47,248 nt of DNA from an uncultured Pseudomonadales bacterium. Its GTDB lineage: Bacteria; Patescibacteriota; Microgenomatia; UBA1400; UBA12108. How positions within the stretch are numbered: the stretch's first letter is position 1; every line of letters begins with the position of its first letter. Where the stretch lies: NCBI GenBank assembly GCA_964507925.1, contig CAZDRB010000002.1, forward strand, positions 1 to 47,248, given 5' to 3'. The notes under the pieces were generated by a model, which did not search any database, was not told where the DNA came from, and saw only the letters and a program-made list of their open reading frames with translations. This document shows, piece by piece, positions 45,484-47,248 of the stretch. The translations under genes and the position numbers were made by a program.

Positions 45484-47126
45484 TAAAAAAAATCTTTAGC
45501 TGGCTCGACAACAACATCATTACACTCTTGACCGGGATCTTGATCGTGGTCATCCCGCTCTACCCCAAGATCCCGCTCTCTGATCTGATCGAGGGCTATA
45601 TTGTGAGACTTAGACTCGAGGATATTCTCATTCTCTTTACCGTACTTGTCTGGGGGATTCAGATTTTAAGAAAAAAAATCCAGTTTCCGCGTAACCTGAT
45701 CTCCAAACTAATCTTGGTCTATCTAGGCGTTGCTGTACTCTCGTCGCTGAGCGCGGTCTTTGTGACAGGTACCGTTCCCATGTTTAGAGAGCACATCTTC
45801 AAGCTCATCCTACATCTCTTCCGCCGCTTTGAATACTTTTCTCTCTTTTTTATTGCCTATAGCGCCGTGCGAACTAAGCGCGATCTCAAAAAACTCTTTC
45901 TTACCGGCTTTGTTACCCTTATTCTCGTCGTCCTTTATGGCTTTGGGCAAAAGTATCTCTACTGGCCGGCATTTTCGACGATGAACCGCGAGTTTAGCAA
46001 GGGGATTAGACTCTATCTCTCGCCGACATCGCGAGTCATGAGTACCTTTGGTGGTCACTACGACTACGGCGCCTATCTCATGATGCTCTTGTCATTTCTC
46101 GTGTCCTCAATCTGGATAGTCAAACAAAAGCTTTACAAACTCGGTCTCGTTGTTCTCGCCCTTGCTGCCTACTGGTCATTTATCTTGACTGCTTCGCGCA
46201 CCTCTTTCATTGGCTACTTGGTCGGGATCACGATAATTGCCGCTATCTTGGTTCGTACTCGCGGTCTTAAGTGGAGCCTCGGCAAGTGGTTTGGGACGAT
46301 GTTTATCTCGTTCACGATCATGCTTCTCTTTGGGGATTTATCTGAGCGTTTTTATCAAATGTTCCAGTCACCTCAGGCTATCCAAAAGTTTGTCCCCTGG
46401 ATGGAGACTGGCAAAATCGAAGAAAAAATGTACGCCGTCAAAAATGTCGGCTACCGCCTCGAAGCCTGGAAAAAATCCATTCTCGAGCCAGCACGCCCCG
46501 AGCCACCCAAGGATAGTATCTCAACCGACGAGCTTGCCAAAGTAGCTGTTTCTTCAGACATTCCACCTTCTCCAGAAAAGCCCCTCCCTCCAGATGTAAC
46601 CAAAGAAGAAGATGATCTGCGCACTCCAACTTCAACTGAGAGCGCAACCCCCTCGGCTTCAACTGGCGGGGGCTATAGCGAGAACGCACTCAAGTATGGA
46701 CTCTCGGTCGCGATCCGCCTAGACGCACTCTGGCCCAGGGCGATTGAAGGTTTTAAAAAGAATCCACTCCTTGGCTCTGGCTTCTCGACTTTGACCAAGT
46801 CTTTTAACGACGAGTTTACTCAGGCCGAGTCGACCGACAATGATTATCTTCGCATGCTTGGCGAGACTGGCTTACTTGGAGCCATTTCGTTTCTCGCAAT
46901 CTTGATCGTACTCTTTGTGACGGTTTATAGGCGCCTGCAAAAGACCAGTTCTCCTGAGTACCAGATAGCTTATCTTGGTCTCCTCGGAGCAATTGTAGGA
47001 CTCCTGATTAACGCGCTCTATATCGATGTTTTCGAGTCAAGCAAGGTTGCCTACACTCTCTGGATACTCGCAGCCCTAGTCCTTCGCGCCACCGAAATCG
47101 AGGTTAAAAATGCGAAAAATTCTTGA
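45480..47126 (+). CDS. O-antigen ligase / Wzy_C-family polytopic membrane protein with an inserted Pro/Ser/Thr-rich loop
   Basis: 548 aa with at least 10 helices. LTASRTSFIGYLVG motif region typical of the Wzy_C/O-antigen-ligase family. A low-complexity insert of about 60 aa lies at 46485..46673. Confidence 0.6.
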   Translation: MIKKIFSWLDNNIITLLTGILIVVIPLYPKIPLSDLIEGYIVRLRLEDILILFTVLVWGIQILRKKIQFPRNLISKLILVYLGVAVLSSLSAVFVTGTVPMFREHIFKLILHLFRRFEYFSLFFIAYSAVRTKRDLKKLFLTGFVTLILVVLYGFGQKYLYWPAFSTMNREFSKGIRLYLSPTSRVMSTFGGHYDYGAYLMMLLSFLVSSIWIVKQKLYKLGLVVLALAAYWSFILTASRTSFIGYLVGITIIAAILVRTRGLKWSLGKWFGTMFISFTIMLLFGDLSERFYQMFQSPQAIQKFVPWMETGKIEEKMYAVKNVGYRLEAWKKSILEPARPEPPKDSISTDELAKVAVSSDIPPSPEKPLPPDVTKEEDDLRTPTSTESATPSASTGGGYSENALKYGLSVAIRLDALWPRAIEGFKKNPLLGSGFSTLTKSFNDEFTQAESTDNDYLRMLGETGLLGAISFLAILIVLFVTVYRRLQKTSSPEYQIAYLGLLGAIVGLLINALYIDVFESSKVAYTLWILAALVLRATEIEVKNAKNS

Positions 47127-47248
47127 GATCTCAGTAGTTGCTCTTCTACTTGTCCTTGGTGCCTGGCTCAGGACCTACAAACTCGACGCACCTCTTGCAG
47201 ACTGGCACAGTTGGCGCCAAGCTGACACCGCCGCCGTAGCCCGCAACT
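47110..47248 (+). CDS. 5' end of another GT-C (GT39/ArnT-like) membrane glycosyltransferase (partial, runs off the window)
   Basis: MRKILEISVVALLLVLGAWLRTYKLDAPLADWHSWRQADTAAVARN: TM1, then a conserved loop as in GT39-like proteins. 17-nt overlap with the upstream stop. Confidence 0.55.
   Translation, partial: MRKILEISVVALLLVLGAWLRTYKLDAPLADWHSWRQADTAAVARN

Noticed and set aside
45485-45492. A8 homopolymer at codons 2-4 of the Wzy_C gene, considered as a slipped-strand phase-variation switch. Other A8 runs lie near 533, 17846, 26268, 34313 and 45674.
   Set aside because: Eight bases is at the lower limit for contingency loci. All the runs are Lys codons (AAA AAA) in Lys-rich contexts, and I cannot see length polymorphism from a single sequence.

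Overview
This 47.2-kb window is almost entirely protein-coding. I call about 50 CDS and recognised no rRNA, tRNA, CRISPR array, transposase or integrase. It reads as one very large cell-envelope glycan or glycoconjugate assembly locus. About 45 genes lie on the + strand, mostly with ATGA/TAATG start-stop overlaps or gaps under 6 nt. The only strand switch is a two-gene block on the minus strand at 32308..34730.

Recognisable content:
- About 19 cytoplasmic glycosyltransferases: 11 GT2-type, 5 GT4-type, and one each of GT11 fucosyltransferase, exostosin/GT47-like and GNT-I-like.
- At least 10 polytopic GT-C-like modules, including two DUF2142 paralogues and one protein made of two fused GT-C modules.
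- Five SAM-methyltransferase domains.
- Sugar-nucleotide enzymes: Fcl, WecB and GalE.
- A Wzm/Wzt ABC exporter pair, plus a Wzx-like flippase and an O-antigen-ligase/Wzy_C-like protein.
- A NUDIX hydrolase and a hexapeptide acyltransferase.

Elements that are not plain glycan biosynthesis:
- An AbiEi/AbiEii type IV toxin-antitoxin (abortive infection) pair with a palindromic operator-like site, inserted in the operon at 6516..7863.
- A trio of small unknown genes at 34791..36030.

Most interesting observations:
1. A repeated module of a short GT2, a DUF2304 mini-membrane protein and a polytopic GT-C/DUF2142 protein. It looks like an uncharacterised three-component extracytoplasmic glycosylation system.
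2. An AT-rich cassette of about 9 kb (about 20200..29050) whose left breakpoint falls inside wzt.
3. A 913-aa double GT-C fusion.

The code is standard, with TGA used as a stop. The protein style (many GT39-like proteins, a WRQADTAAVARN N-terminus, DUF5674) suggests a CPR/Patescibacteria-like or other uncultured monoderm lineage, but this cannot be verified here. All functional calls rest on motifs read by eye from the translations. No database search was run.
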